Shown in pieces: positions 26,562 to 45,667 of a stretch of 64,000 nt of DNA. Location: NCBI RefSeq assembly GCF_009914755.1, contig NC_060930.1. One strand, written 5' to 3'. The first letter of the stretch is position 1; each line of letters starts with the position of its first letter. The notes below the pieces were generated by a model, which saw nothing but the letters and a program-made list of their open reading frames with translations, did no database searches and was not told the origin of the DNA. Source of the stretch: the human T2T-CHM13v2.0 reference genome, Homo sapiens. The position numbers and the translations under genes are program-made.

Positions 26562-27418
26562 GAGACGGGCTCACTGTCGGCTTCAAGGATGTTCCGCAAG
26601 TCGATTTACTTACAGACCCTTCTTCAAATGCGGCGGTCACCTGTGACCCACATTCATAACTCCCTCAGCCACTAGACGACAAAAGAAGCCCTGAGTTTAG
26701 GCTGACTGAGATTTTCATTCTAGCTTTGCTATACATTTGGGCAAGCTTTACTTTGGGTAAGTCTGTTCTTTCCAGGGGTCTCAATTTTCTTAGTTTTTAC
26801 ACAGGGATAGTATGTGGGTGGCTCACATTAAAGTATCGTTGTAAGGATAAAGTAAGAATATAATCATGATACAAAATCCCTTTATAGCTATTAGGTGTCA
26901 TTACTGGGAATGGAAGGTCTTGGAAAGAAGGTGGATAGAAAAATAGAGGAGATTAGAAATGAAGATAAGAAATCAAGGTCAATCCAAGAAATGTCAGGAA
27001 AGTGTTGCTATGAATATGGAGAAGTTCAGGCGACGCCATCAGCTGTTTCTTGGGGACCTGGTTGAAAGATGTTTTGAGAGCTCTTAGATCAACTCACCAG
27101 AAAGATGATTACTTTGTGGAGTCTCCCAGCAGTGAGACTTATACAGGTATCGTTTCCTCAGGGAAAGGAAAGAAAAATCAGCAGCTCTCATCTCCTGGAG
27201 GCACAGTGGCTTGTCCTCCACAGTCCCCTCGGTTTGCTGACTGACTGGAGGAGAGAGAGCACCTGCAGAAGCCCTGCGACTCCTCCCCCAGATGTGAGTG
27301 GGGGGCCTGGGATTCCCGAGGCCAGTGAGGGGAGGGTGGTGCTCACAGGACGGAGGCCTTTCCTCACAGCGTGGCCACGGTTCAATCTGCACCTCTGGCC
27401 ATTTTTCTTGATTGGCAA

Positions 27419-27540
27419 AAAGAAGGAAAGAAGAAAGGAAGAAAGGGAGGAAGGGAGGGAGGGGGGAGGAAGGAGGGAGGGAAAGAAAAGAAAAGAAAAA
27501 AGAAGAAAAGAAAGAAAAGAGAAGAAAGGAGGAAGGGCAG
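27419..27540. repeat. GA-rich low-complexity tract
   Basis: Purine-only run on the + strand. Confidence 0.9.
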
Positions 27541-27579
27541 GCAGTAGAACTTCTGAATAGGAAAATGCCCAAACATTTA

Positions 27580-28098
<519 letters not shown>

Positions 28099-28529
28099 CT
28101 ATTATTTTTTGAAAATGATGAAATTACCTAAAATTGATTCTACTGCAGGTGGGAGCCTATAAGACTAAAGTTCCCAGGAAGAGATGTAAGCTTCGGTGAA
28201 GCCCACCTCAGTTGACTCCAAAACTAATGCAGATGCCCCCTTGGGGAATTGCGGGGAGGGGGTGTACAGAATGTGTTAATACCATCACACTCCTCCCAGG
28301 ACCCCAAAGAAGCTGCACTCACAGAGATATCCGGGCATGTCTCACACTGGAAATAGGGGACCCTTCCAAATATTGGGAGAAAGAAGGCAAAGAAAATCAT
28401 ACCGATCTACTAAGCCTCCTGCATTTGCACCCATCCAGCCTGCCATTCATCCTGGGTTCTTTTACTTGGTCCTCTTGGGGCCTCTGAGAGGATCTCCATC
28501 TCTGCGAAGTGCATTCCCCACCGGGCTGT

Positions 28530-28560
28530 TGCAGTTCCACACATGGCCAGTAGATGACAG
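28530..28560 (+). promoter_or_regulatory. Second CTCF motif with upstream (ZF9-11) module
   Basis: TGCAGTTCC-acaca-TGGCCAGTAGATGACAG. Confidence 0.6.
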
Positions 28561-29144
28561 GTTTGTTCAAGAACCGCCTCCAAGATTTTACTACTGCACC
28601 GCGATTTCAGAGTGGCGGGAAGGACTGAGAGTCCCATTTAGAAACTTCCCAAATCTTAACTGCCAATATCTTTCTTTCTAAAATTGTGTTTTTGTATTTC
28701 GTGGTAAACTCAGTTCAAAGCCGCGGATGGGGGCAGGAATAGGAAAACTGCTGCTGCTGCTGAATATGCTTCTCTCTCTTAAAGGTCCCAGCAGAATTCT
28801 GCCACTGAACCACCCTGGGAGAATGCGGGGGAAAGAGAGGAGGAGAGAAGGACAGAGAGAGAGAGAGAGCCAGAGAGGATATGAGGGAGATAGGGAGAGA
28901 GGACTGCTTCATTGTCTTAAATTCGTTGTAATCACGTCGCAATACCAGGCACTCATTCTTAAGGTAGCAAAGCAGAAAATATTATAAGTTCAGTTATTAA
29001 TGTCATTTGCACTTTTGAGAGTAGAGAACATAGGCACTAATATTATAATAATTCAATAACTATGAAGGAATCAAGACAATCTTCAGGGAGGATGTGGTGC
29101 ATGGAATGGAATGTAAGGAATCGTTCATACTTCATGTAGGTTTA

Positions 29145-29592
29145 GCATTTCTTGATTACAAGCTAAATAAGGGGTGGATTACTCATGAGTTTTCCGGGAA
29201 GGTGGTGGGCAATTCCTGGACTAAGGGCTTCTCTCCTTTTTAGACCATATAGGGTAATTTTGGATGTTGCCATGGCATCTGTAAACTGTCATGGCGCTGG
29301 TGGGAGTGTCTTTTAGCATGCTAATACTTTATAATTAGCATATAATGAGCAGTGAGGATGACCAGAGGTCACTCTTGTGGCCATGTTGGTTTTGGTGGGT
29401 TTTGGCCCGTTTCTTAACTGCAACCTGTTTTATCAGCAAGGTCTTCATGACCTGTATCCTGTGCAGACCTCCTATCTCATCCTGTGACTGAAAGTGCCTT
29501 AACCTCCTGGGAATGCAGCCCAGTAGCTCTCAGCCTCATTGTACCCAGCCCCTATTCAAGATGGAGTTGCTCCGGCTCAAACACCTCTGACA
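29145..29592 (-). mobile_element. MER41B LTR (ERV1), 3'-truncated
   Basis: Minus strand begins TGTCAGAGGTGTTTGAGCCGGAGCAACTCCATCTTGAATAGGGGCTGGGT as in MER41; contains the MER41B tandem GAS region. Confidence 0.85.
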
Positions 29593-29919
29593 TTTGTGGA
29601 CACGTAGAAAAGGATAATTAATGGGTTAGCAGGATGAAAGGAAAACTATACCCCAAAGGATAGCCTAGCCATTGAAATTGATATGAACTGGAATATGAAA
29701 ATAATTGGGGACAATTTAGTTTCATGACCATATATAAAACATTTAACTATGTCTGGTTGTATTTTAACATAAAATTGGGCATGGGAAACTATTTTTAAAA
29801 TATTCTTTATTTTTTAAATTGACCTGGATTTTTCTTTCAACTTTTATTATTTTAAAAATTAGTTTAAGCCTGGCAGATTTCACATAATTTCAGACTCCTT
29901 TTGGCAAACAGTAAACATT

Positions 29920-31500
29920 ACAGCCTGGAAAGCTTGATTGCTTATATATAAAACCCTAAGAGAGCTATTGAAAATGCCTAGAATGTGTGAATTTAACAAT
30001 GGTAAAATACAAAAACAAATTGTAATTCTATACACCACAGCAGAATATCATATATAAAATTTAAAAATCACTTCATTATGACAGCAATAAAAACATAAAA
30101 TACTTAGACATAAACTGAACCGAAAGATGTGTGATGTGAAACTATAAAATACTGATGAGAGAAACTGATAAAATTCTAAATGTGTAAAGAGATATAATAT
30201 ATTTTGATTTGGGAAGAATTGATATTTTTGAAATAACAGTTCTCAACACGATCTTGATCAATATTCCCACTGGGTTTCTTTGTGGCAATAGACAATTCTA
30301 AAATTTATATGAAAATACAAAGGATCTACAATAGCCAAAACTTATTTGAAAAAGGACAGAAGAAATATGCAAAGCTTGGTTTCAAGTCATGCTTCAAAGC
30401 TATGGGCAACATGTCAAGGCTAGTAATGTAAGTTAGAGAAACTTCAACAAAGAATTGTGCTTAGTTGTGGGAATCCATGGGAGATTCTGGAATGAAGATG
30501 CATAGGAAACAAATGCAAGAGATGAGTCCTGGGCCCTCAGTCATTTAGAGGTTGGGAAGATGGGAGACTTGGCAAGGCAGGCTGAGATCTGGCTGTTATT
30601 CTCATGTGATGAGAATCTCAAGACAGTGAGGTTTAGTAACAAGTCAAGAAAATACATCAATGATGCAGTAGTGGTTAACTACATAAAATGCTTCTGATAT
30701 GATGAATAAAATGACATCCTAGAGATGACCATTGGATTTGGCAACATGGAGCTAACACATGTCAGTGACAAGGAGTTCAGTTAAAGATGTGGACTGTAGC
30801 CTGATCTGTGAAGAGTGGAAGAAGAATGGGGAGGAATGGAAATAACAGGTGCAGCCCAATATTTTTAAGAGTTTCCTTCAGATTAGAAGTAAAAATTCAT
30901 CAGCAGAGTTGGATTTAGGGAAAAGGAAATGCCGTGGCATGTTTATATGCTGATTGGAATCACTCACTAGAGAGAGGAAATTTTTTTGGTAAACTGGATA
31001 AAGATACTTACAACATATTAAACCATGAAAAGGATTAGTACCCAGAACATAGAAAGGCCTCCTACAAATCAATTAGTAAAGGACTATATTTTTCTGAGAA
31101 AAAAAATGGTAAAGGCAAGAAGAAACATTTTATAGTAACATGTATAAATGACATGTGAATATGTGAAAAAATTTCAAACTCTTCATTATAAGTCAGAGAA
31201 ATGTAAATAAACGCCACACTGAAAAAACAATAAAAATATCAAAACCTAGCAAGGATGTGGGTCAATGTTTCTACCAACAGACTTCTGAAGGAAATAGAAA
31301 TTGTTAGGATCATTTTGGAAAACAAGTCAGCATAACATAGTAAGGTTGAAAATATATATACATTATCATACTACATTACTACTACAATGCTACTCTAGAA
31401 CATACATCAAGAACTATTGCAAGTTCATTACAACTTCATTCCTAATAGCAAAACATCAAAACAACTTAAGTATCCATTAACAACTGAATAACTTTATATA
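29920..31500. mobile_element. Old L1M fragments flanking an L2 fragment (~30520-30880)
   Basis: Degenerate L1 ORF2 motifs (ttctaaaatttatatg..caatagccaaa) and L2 motif agatgaccattggatttggcaacatgg. Confidence 0.55.
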
Positions 31501-31557
31501 TTTTCATATCAATTATAGTTATTTATACTATATAGTTATTTATAGTTAAATTCATAA

Positions 31558-31859
<302 letters not shown>

Positions 31860-32114
31860 AGAAATAGCTTTTTTAGGGCTGGTAAAATGGCCTTCATCTA
31901 GATTTTCTCATGCTTGTTTGTGAATTGGCTCCCCTCTCGATGAGCTGGTGCACTATCATTATGAGTTTTGTGCAACATTGAGTTCTTGCTTGGCAAGTTT
32001 TGTAGAATTTCTTTCCTGGGTTTTGCATGCTGAAAACATGGCTTCATTGGGCATTGGTAAATCAAACGGAGAGGAGGCAGTGCGGCAAGTACAAAGACCA
32101 TAGTTACAATACTC

Positions 32115-32803
32115 CAAACCAAAAATATCTGAGACAGATCTCAATCAATTTAGAAGTTTATTTTGCTAGGGTTTAAGACAATGCCCAGAAGACAAGTCTG
32201 TGGCTTTCTCCAAAGATGATTTAGAAGCCTTCAATATTTAAAGGTGAAAAGCAGACTGGAGGGAGAATTGAATAGCTCCAATAGTGTACTTTCCTTGGTA
32301 ATTTTCACTCTTCCTTGGACTATCACATAGGTTGAAACTCTGATATATGTCAAGGTTGTAAACCAAAAAGTGTCTGAGACAGGTCTTAAGCAATTTAGAA
32401 GTTTATTTTCCCAAGGTTAGGGACATGCTGGAAAGAAAAAATCATCAAATGACACAGGCAATCTGGTCTGTGTCTTTCTCCAAAGATGATTTCAATATTT
32501 AAAGGGGAAAAGTGGGCTGACAGGGAAAGAGAGAAGGTATGGCAATCCACATGTTGCAAGGAAAAAGGGGCAGGTAGGGGAAGAGTCAGTTATGTATTCA
32601 TCTTGCTCTCAGTAAATCATCGCTTTGCATATGATTAGGTGAACATAGAGTAGCTACCGGTGGGGATATTTTTAACCTTTTATCTGTAGCTATCTGCTTG
32701 GAAACCAAAGGAAAGGCAATTTCTTGCGTGACTCAGCTTTCACCTTAATTCTTTCCTTTTGACATGGTGAATTGGGGTGCCAAATTTTTAGTTTCCTTTC
32801 ACA
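32115..32803 (-). mobile_element. MER4-family LTR (32357-32803) plus a partial second copy (32115-32270)
   Basis: aaaccaaaaa..tctgagacag..caatttagaagtttatttt occurs twice; minus-strand start TGTGAAAGGAAA. Confidence 0.7.
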
Positions 32804-34818
32804 ATTTATACAAAACACAACTCAACAGACATCCTCATATCCCAGTGTATGTGGCGGCTCTGGATTCTATTCCTGCTCACCTGGACCTGATTGATCTGAT
32901 ATAGGCAGCTTGGAAACTACTTAGGTAGATGGTGGGGAGGGAAACGTTCCAGCTAACCATGAGCAAGTAAAATACAACTTCACATCCATCATTATCCAGC
33001 CCCAAATCATCCAACATCTAGATAATTCCTTAGAGTAAGGGAACAAGATAATGGCCACAACCAAGTAGGAAAGAATCACGTATACAGACGATTTTCATTC
33101 CCAAAGATCAGAAGATGTAAATGCAAAGAGAAAAAGTGCTTCCTACGATGCCAGCTCCAGCTTGATAAGAATATATGCTATTTATTATGTGAGGGGGAAA
33201 CATGTTCAATACAGCTAGCTGCTTCAGCTTCCATGTGGTGTTTGATACCTGTGTTCCTTTTCATTTGGCTCAACTTCCATTAAGCACAAAAACCTCACAA
33301 AATGTTCAAAGGGCTAGAGGGACAAATTTGGATTTCATGCCTCACAAATAAAGGAAGGACTCCATAAGATAAAAATACGCTTTCCATAGAAACCTTGGAA
33401 GTCTAATATGTGGAATAAGGTGAAATAGAAACAGATCATCCTTCATAGGAACTGAATCCTGAGTTCTAACTAACTAATCCTAGACTAGATTTGGGTGATT
33501 TGAGATATTAATGACCTTAGCCTCATAGCCTCATTGCCTGACACAAGCAAAACTAAATAACCTCTAGAGAAATATAATATTTCCTGGAGCCTCAAATTAT
33601 CACTCATATTTTTCTTCTGCATGGCATCAATTAAAAAATATATAAGAAAACAAAAAATAATAAAATCCAAGAAAAACATAACAGAACATAAATATACGAC
33701 TTTGACTTCTCTGTGGGATACTGCTAGATTAACTCAACACTCCCAGTACACCAGCTAGAAAAGTTAAAAATTTAAAACACAAAATTCGTACTTTAAAGGA
33801 AAAGGAGAGCTGTGGAAGCAACATGCACTAGATGAAATACAATTGCAGAGAATAGGTGATCCTTTTGAGGTGAGCTGACAATCACAGCTCTTCCCCTGCC
33901 ACCCATGGGGCATTTGCCAATTCATTGTTCATACAGAAGAGGTGTCATGGGCTCAGGAGGGAATCTGCTGGAGAAAGGGAAACCAAGCAAGGGACACAGG
34001 GACAGACTAAGAAATTAGATATTTGAGGTTCTCAAATTCTCAAATTCATGGCGTGATTTCCCCACAAGATATTTCTTGAGCTGTGGTGCAGCACTGAGCT
34101 ATGAGCCAGGCCCCAAACTCCAAAGGCAGAATGAGGACTCCTCCATGTTGCTTGTGTTCAGGACACGGAGAACTGCCTTCAGCCTGGGTCTGTCGAGCAC
34201 AAGGTGGGTCTCCCCGTTTTCACATGTGCCTGCTCCTGAAGCCACCTGAGAAGGAGGCCAGGGAGCTGGGCCAGCAAGTACTGAAGTTCAGGGCTGAATC
34301 TCTCACTGACATTTGTAGGAACAGAGACCTACCTGGGTCTTAATTAAAAGCTCTGGAAGGAGAGTCATGGCCTCTGGTATTGACGGAGTAGTTTGTATTG
34401 AAATAACCCTCTTGCTGGTAACAATGATAAATTCTGGACCACCTTCATTTTCCAACTTATTTCATTGTGTTGTGATAAGAACACCTTACATGAAATATAC
34501 CCTCTTTACAAGTTTTTAACTACAACACAGTATTGTTAACTATAGGCACAATGTTGTATAGTAGATCTCTAGAACTTATTCATCTTGCATAACTAAAATG
34601 TTATATTGGTTGAACAGTAACTCCCCCATTTACCTTGCCCCCAGTCTCTGGCAACCACCAACGTATTCTCTGTTTCTATGAGATTGGCTACCTAGACACC
34701 TCATATAAGTGGGATTGAAGCAGCCTCGTTTGTCTGGGGTGACCTGAGGTTTGTTGTCTCGTGGCCATAGAGATCAAGGATGCAGACACACAAAAAGTGA
34801 GGCTAAGAGTGGAAATTT

Positions 34819-38042
<3,224 letters not shown>

Positions 38043-39014
38043 TCAGTTTTGCCCCATTTCTAGAGCATAGTCCTCCATGACTTTCAATGAAAAACCCGAT
38101 AGCTTTCATCTTCTCAATCCTGAAGAGCTGAAGGAGATTTAGGCTGAACTTAAAGAAATTTTCAGCTTAGCTCATTAGTCTTCTACTCCATACATCTTCA
38201 ACATTTAACAAGTGTTTTGAAAAAGACACCTACAAAGTGCTTGAAGTCATCAACTCTCAAATCTTGTCATTGCAGCACCACGTCAAATGACAAAACACTT
38301 GCTATTTTCTTAGTCCACTGGAGGAGCCTATTGTCAGAGGCCAAACCTGGATTATTAGCTCCAAACAAGCACTCAGATCAGTAAGTGTCCTCAGGTGATA
38401 AGTGGTTGTTGCTACTTGGCATCAATTCACCAGTTCTTCTGAAACTTACGTCTGTTTTGTTTTAGGGCCCTTATCAATGGTAGGTCTTTGTTTCCTCAAC
38501 ACCACTGGACAGTGAAAGATTTTGCACTGCCTTTCAGAAGTTGACACTTTAGTTTTTTGTTTTACCTTCTACCGTAGCATCAGAAGTTAACCAACGTGTT
38601 TTGAAGAAACCAGAGTGTTTGAGATGCCTCAGTTTTCTAGTTACATCACACTGGCCCCATAATTGCTGCTGATTTCTTTCTTACAGCAGAAAACTGTAGG
38701 AAAATTGTAGCAGAAAACTTTTCTACAGCAGAAAACGGTAGCAGAAAAATGGCACTAAAACGCAGCGTACACTTGCAAACAGCAAATGCTACCAAGAGAA
38801 ACAGTGATGTCCAAACGTCAGCTTACATTTGCATGGTTCTTCTTTGGAATTTTTATTCATCTAGTCCTATTTACTTTCTTAGCTAAACAATGCTTTTTAA
38901 AAATATACCTTTAAAATTTTATCCTATTTTTGTAGTTGTTGCCAGTGGGACAATTTGTCCTACTGTGACCCTAATGCATCTTATACTGTGGTGGAAAAAA
39001 GAATAAGATTTTAA

Positions 39015-39862
<848 letters not shown>

Positions 39863-40551
39863 ATTATTAAGCTTTATATAAATTAAAATCCAAGAGGCTA
39901 ACATTTAATTAATGACATTTAAGATCTTCTATATCGGATAATGCTATACATTATATTAGGTTTAATATTTCTATTAAGTATAGATTTAGTAAATTACTAA
40001 AAATGCTAAAAATTCATCAAATATATATGTAAGTACAAATAAGGAGAATGCAAAGAGAGATATTAGAAAGGGGTAATATATTCAGGAATAAATATTCAAG
40101 ATATTTTAAGTTGGAGATATTGTCTGTTGGTACTAAATCAATTTCCCCCTGTTTTGTGCTTTTTTCCATATCACTTGGGGTTGAAGCCTGGACACCACTT
40201 CTTCCAGAGTCCCTTTCTTAGGAAGGCACTCACTTGCGATTAGAAGGCAGTGGAAAATTGCTGTCATTCTGCTTCTGACAGCAAGTAGCAGCAGCTGCCA
40301 GGAGTGTGGGTTTGTTTAGTGCTGCAGGGCCAATAGTAGCTTCCTGCAGTTCCTGACCTTTGGAAGCACAATTTTGCTTTTTCTGTCCTTACAAAACTTT
40401 TGCAATGCACTTCACTGTATTACATCTCTCTGGGCTTAAAATACCTTGAGTGTGTTTTTTCCCCCTTGTAAATCTGGGCTAGACTGAATAATCTTGTAAG
40501 TATGTAAATATAAGCAACTATTTTAAAATAACCTGGGTTTTTAAATGTAAT

Positions 40552-40826
40552 ACAGATGCTCTTCAACTTATGATGGGGTTAACTCCCAATAAATCCATTG
40601 TAAATTGAAAATATTGTGAGTTGAAAGTGTAGAGTATAAGTTGTTCACCTTCATGATCATGTGGCTGAGGCTGCCTGGCATTGTGAAAGAGTATCTTACT
40701 TAGTATCGCTGGTCTGGAATAAGATCAAAATTTAAAGTATGGTTTATACAGAATGGATATTGCTTTTACACCATTGAAAAGTCAAAAAATCCTAAGTCAA
40801 ACCATCTTAAGTCAGGTGTGTCTGTA
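40552..40826. mobile_element. Tigger4 (Zombi)-like MITE
   Basis: TA-flanked TIRs cagatgctcttcaacttatg..cttaagtcaggtgtgtctg. Confidence 0.75.
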
Positions 40827-40944
40827 GTTTAAAAAAAATTACAAATAAAGAATATCCAATGTTGTTGGGAGTGCAGAGAAGATTTACAAGGTAAACATTG
40901 ATTTGTTTAAAGTTTGAGAGAAAAAATTAGATAATATGCTTTAT

Positions 40945-41735
40945 GATTTTTAAATGTTAATTTCAAAATAATTATACATTCACAGGAGTTGATGAAAATA
41001 GTACAGAGAGGTCCCTTGTACCCTTCACCCAGTTTCCCCCAATGGTTACATCATACATAACTATAGCACAATATCGAAACAAGGAAATCGACACTGATAC
41101 AATGTATTTGCAGTTTTCTACTTTATCACATGTGTAGATTCATGTAACCACCACTGTGATCAAAATACAGAACTATATTCCATCACCACGAAGATCTTCC
41201 TCATGCCACTCGCCCTCCTTAAGAGTCACACCATTCCCCCACCCCCACCATCCCTACACTGTGCCAACCACTAATTTTATTTTCATCTGTATAATTTTAT
41301 CATTTAGAAAATGTTATATAAATGGAATTATACTATATGTGACCTTCCGAGACTGGCATTTTGTACTCAGAATAATGCCCTTGGGATCTGTATTAGGTGC
41401 TCCAGAGCAGTTGTACTAACAGGATATGTATATATAGAAAGATACTTCTTTTAAAGAATTTGCTCACATGATTGTGGAAGCTTACTGAGTCCAAATTCTG
41501 ATGGAAGAGGCCAGCAGTGGAGGAGACTGGGACAGAGTTGCAGTTTGAGCCCAAAGGTAGTCTGCTGTGGAACCAGGAAGAACCAGGATTGCAGATGGAG
41601 TCTGAGACAATCTGTTGGAGAGTTCCCTCTTATGCTAATCAGGCATTCAACTGATTAAATGAGGGGAACCCAGTTATGGAGGGCAATGTACTTTACTTAA
41701 AATCTACTGACTTAAATATGTAACTCTCACCCCAA
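40945..41735 (-). mobile_element. L1M 3' fragment (40945-41390) followed by an MLT2-like LTR (41390-41735)
   Basis: gtacccttcacccagtttcccccaatggt; tgtattagg..ctcacatgattgtgg..aaaatctactgacttaaat. Confidence 0.65.
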
Positions 41736-41809
41736 AACTGCCAGATGATGTGAAATTCCATGTCCTCTACTTGGCTCCATTGACACTCAGATGGAGTAGA
41801 TTAAACAAC

Positions 41810-42684
41810 AGACAAAGTCCTCACTTAACATCATCAATAGGTTCTTAGAAGCTGTGACTTTAAGCAAAATGACATATAATAAAACTAATTTGACCATAGG
41901 CTAATTCAGCGATCCCCAACATTTTTGGCACCAGGGACTGGTTTTGTGGAAGAAAATTTTGCCATGGATGGGGGTTGGGGACTAGCGGTGGCAGGGAGTG
42001 GGATGGCACAACCTAGATCCCTCGCATGCGCAGTCCACAATACAGTTCACAAAGGTTTGCACTCCTGTGAGAATCCAATGCCTCTGCTGATCTGACAGCA
42101 GGCCATTAGTGGTCTGTGGCCCAGGGGTTGGGAACCCCTGGGCTAATTGATGCGAACAAGATTTAAGTTCCTGTGGCTTATTTCTGGTCACAAACACATC
42201 ACCAAACTCCTAAATAAAGACTCAGAACACTTCTAATATTAAACATTAAAATAAATGGGAACTATATATACATTTAAGGTAGGTTTATAATAACAAGTAA
42301 GATAATTAATTATCCAGTTTTTGGTGAATTAGTGAGTGATGGTGGTCACAGTGGTGGTGGGTTACATTAAGGAACAAATGTTTGTAAAAGGAAAATGGTA
42401 AGGAGCACCTCCTGCCACCACACAGCTCAAACGCAAAGAAGAACAAATACGTTGAACTCACTGAGTACTTTTGTACCCCATTGTTTACTATTGTACAGTT
42501 GTATGAATATCATGTACTTTACAAATGTTTATTTTAGAAACATTTCTATTCATTCGCTTATTCATTTTCCAACCTGCTTATTCCAGTTCAAGGTCATGGA
42601 TGACTGGAGCCTATCCCGGCAGCTCAAGGACAAGAGAGGAACCAACCTTGTATAGGATGCCATCCCATCCATTGTGGGATGCAG

Positions 42685-42731
<47 letters not shown>

Positions 42732-42946
42732 GTCACTCTGCTGGGACAATTTAGACTCACCAATTAACCTAACATGCATGTCTTTGGGATGTGGGATAAA
42801 ACTCAAATACACAAAGAAAACCCATGCGGACGTGGGGAGAACACACAAACTCCTCATGGACAGTGGCCCTGGCCAGGAACCTATTTATTTTCTCACCAAC
42901 ATTGTAACAAAACGTTGAACAAAACAATGCTATAGGAGGACGCTCT
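41810..42946 (-). mobile_element. MER6 (Tigger family, V-SINE-like core, (CA)n) with nested MER1B (41908-42142)
   Basis: TIR aagtcctcacttaacatcatcaataggttctt; core tctttgggatgtggga..aaacccatgcggacgtggggagaac; MER1B cagcgatccccaacatttttggcaccagggac..gggaacccctg. Confidence 0.75.
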
Positions 42947-45667
42947 GTGTTTCTCACAGTCCTGGAGGCTGGGAAGTCCAAGATCAAGATGCTGACAGGT
43001 TCAATTCCTGGTGAACTTAGAACTGAAGGCTCTCTGGCAGGGGTGCCTTGTGGCTGCAGGCTGGGTATAGAAACTCAGGCTCCCCACTAGGCCTCCACTT
43101 ACAGAATCCTGACTGGGAGGGAGAGGGTCTCATCAGTGCTCCCACATGGCCTCTACTGACACCAGGAAGGGAGAAGTGCCTCCTTACACCTGGACAGTGG
43201 TGAAAGTCCCAGCTTTCTACTTGGCCTCCTCTGACAACACCTTGGCAAAGTGGGTGAGGAGTGCTTCCTTGCAACAGGGCAGGTGGAAGTCCAGGCTCTT
43301 CACATGGGCTTCACTAACACCACAGTGTGGAGGTGGCTGATTACTGATAAGCAGGGGCAAAAGTCCTAGGTCCCCAGTTGGCTTCCTCTGACATAAGCCT
43401 GATGGGTCTAGGTAGTGTCTCATTATCGCCAGGCAATGGGATAAGACAAAGCTCCTCACTCAGTGTTTGCTGACTGAGGCGGGATGGAAGCCCCTGATTT
43501 TTCTGTATTTGACTGGAGTAGTGCGGTTACTGTCAGTTATCTGCCTGGTAGGCTGCTCTTTCTTGTTCCCTTGGATAGAGAAACATGCTTTCCTTAGGAT
43601 ATTTTTGTCTGTGACTACTGATGTTTCCTGTTTTCCAGTTTCTCCAGCACTCATTCCTGGATATATTAGGCAGAAAGAAGACCTATGAAACTCACCACTC
43701 TGTCATTCCCAAATCCCATGGTCTGAGGCCAACCTGCTTCTCCTCTCCATCATTCAAGGGCTTTTTATGTCTGTCTGTAGCTGTACTTAGCAGGAGGAAT
43801 AGGAAGAATTGTACCTACTTCAACTTGTCTTAGAACCAGAAATCTCTCACCATATTTTTTAAAATATGTTTTTGTCATATATTAAAATATTATACATCTA
43901 TCCTTAGATCCTTAAATAAACATATAATCTATCCTTAGAGTTAATTTGGTAACAAAAATAAAACAAGACTAAAACTATTAATTATGTTAAAGCCATAAAA
44001 AATATGCAAATTTTTTCCCAAAATATGGGAAATGTGCGTGTGTGTGTGTGTATCTCCTATGTATACACATATACCATATGACATATACACATAAAAAAAA
44101 GACATAAAATGAAAATTGCCGATGTATCAATACCCGGGGGCAGGGAGTATTCTCAGGTTTAACTAAATACTCATATTCAAGTTTTTACCATAGGCCACAC
44201 CTGGCTCTCAGATTCACTTAGAAGGATATTAGACAGAAGTCAAAGTATGCCAAAGTGCTGAATCAGGTCTTTTTCTTCAGTGGGAGAAGTTCTTGAAACA
44301 GTCCATAATTTATTCCAGGTGCTAGTTTCATACTCTGCCCCCATCCCCCAAGTGACAACTCAGGTACAAGGAGCTGAATTTACACCTGTGGAAGTTGTGT
44401 CCACCCTAGCTTAGAATCCTCATGTCATCTACGAGCTAGTACCTCTTATAACAAACCCATGGGCACAGCTTCCAGAGTCCCTGTAAAGGGCATGCTCAGT
44501 TACAAGGGTCACTGCATTTGGAAATACCCAAACTATGGGTCCCCGTCATTTGTTACGGTTCATGAAATATTCTTCCCAGTAAAGATACAAAATGCCAACC
44601 AGAAGCCATTTGTGCCATAAGCAATGTTGTCTAAAAATCCAGCTGACATTCTTCCTCCATCAGGTTTCCAGAAAACAGCTAGAAAATTAGCCTAAGATTA
44701 AATACATCATGGAGAAGTAGAAAGGGTGTTATAAAGCATTTATCCACAAGATTCAAAATGAAATACAGTTAATTTTGTCCGTTTTAAGACATTATTTCAA
44801 CCTTCAAATTATTTAAAAGAAGTACATCCTATATTTTGTGTGCTTATTCAAAAAAGGCATGGTAATACTTATAAAAAGACTTTAAATATTTTTATAAGTT
44901 TTAAATATTTTATAAGTAATTTTATAAATAAAATTACAAACCATTTAAGTGACCTAATTAAATCAAACACACTTTGAATATGCACATAAGAAAAAAATTA
45001 GTTGAAGCATCCTGACTTAAGAAATCCTTGATCTTTCATAAGGTGTCTGAATACTCAATGTCAAAAACACTTATGAAGAATTAAACACTGTTGACCACAA
45101 GAGGGAAACCTAGTCCCAGTTATACTATAAATTAGAAAATCAAGGGAAAAATATGTGTCCTGAGAACTTTTGAAATAGTCACATATAAACATAGTATACA
45201 AGAAAAAACCAACCATCATCCCTACCCAAGGATATGTTTGTGGTATGAGTGGTTTTAGTGTTTTGAGTGGACTGGTTCTTGGACTCCACATATTATTGGC
45301 TACAGAGATAGAGACTTGATTTAGAAAATCACAGTTGCCACTTTCTAAGTAAGCCCTTGACCAAAAGACTAGATTTCTTTAAACCCAGTTTTCTCAGGTA
45401 AAATGGAAATACAACTATTATCTAATAAATATAAGTAAGCTTTAGTGTCATAGTCATAGCAGTAGTATTTTCAATTGGTAAAAAGAAACTGGACCCCAAA
45501 AAAGAATTTCAGTGAAAGCAGTAACAGTCTTCTGGCATATTTCTCACCTTTCTTTCTACCTTAAAGGTTCAAAGTTCCTAAGTAATCTCAGAAACCTAAA
45601 ATAGTTTATTCTCTATCCTCACTATTGGTTTTTAAAAAACATTTTGCAGCATGGACCACTGCTCGTG

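Noticed and set aside
27395-27420. atttttcttgattggc resembling the DRA Y box context
   Set aside because: No X box at the required ~20-bp spacing, so not an MHC-II X-Y module.
38683-38750. Degenerate gcagaaaa short repeats
   Set aside because: Low-complexity slippage; no spacer structure or CRISPR-like organisation.
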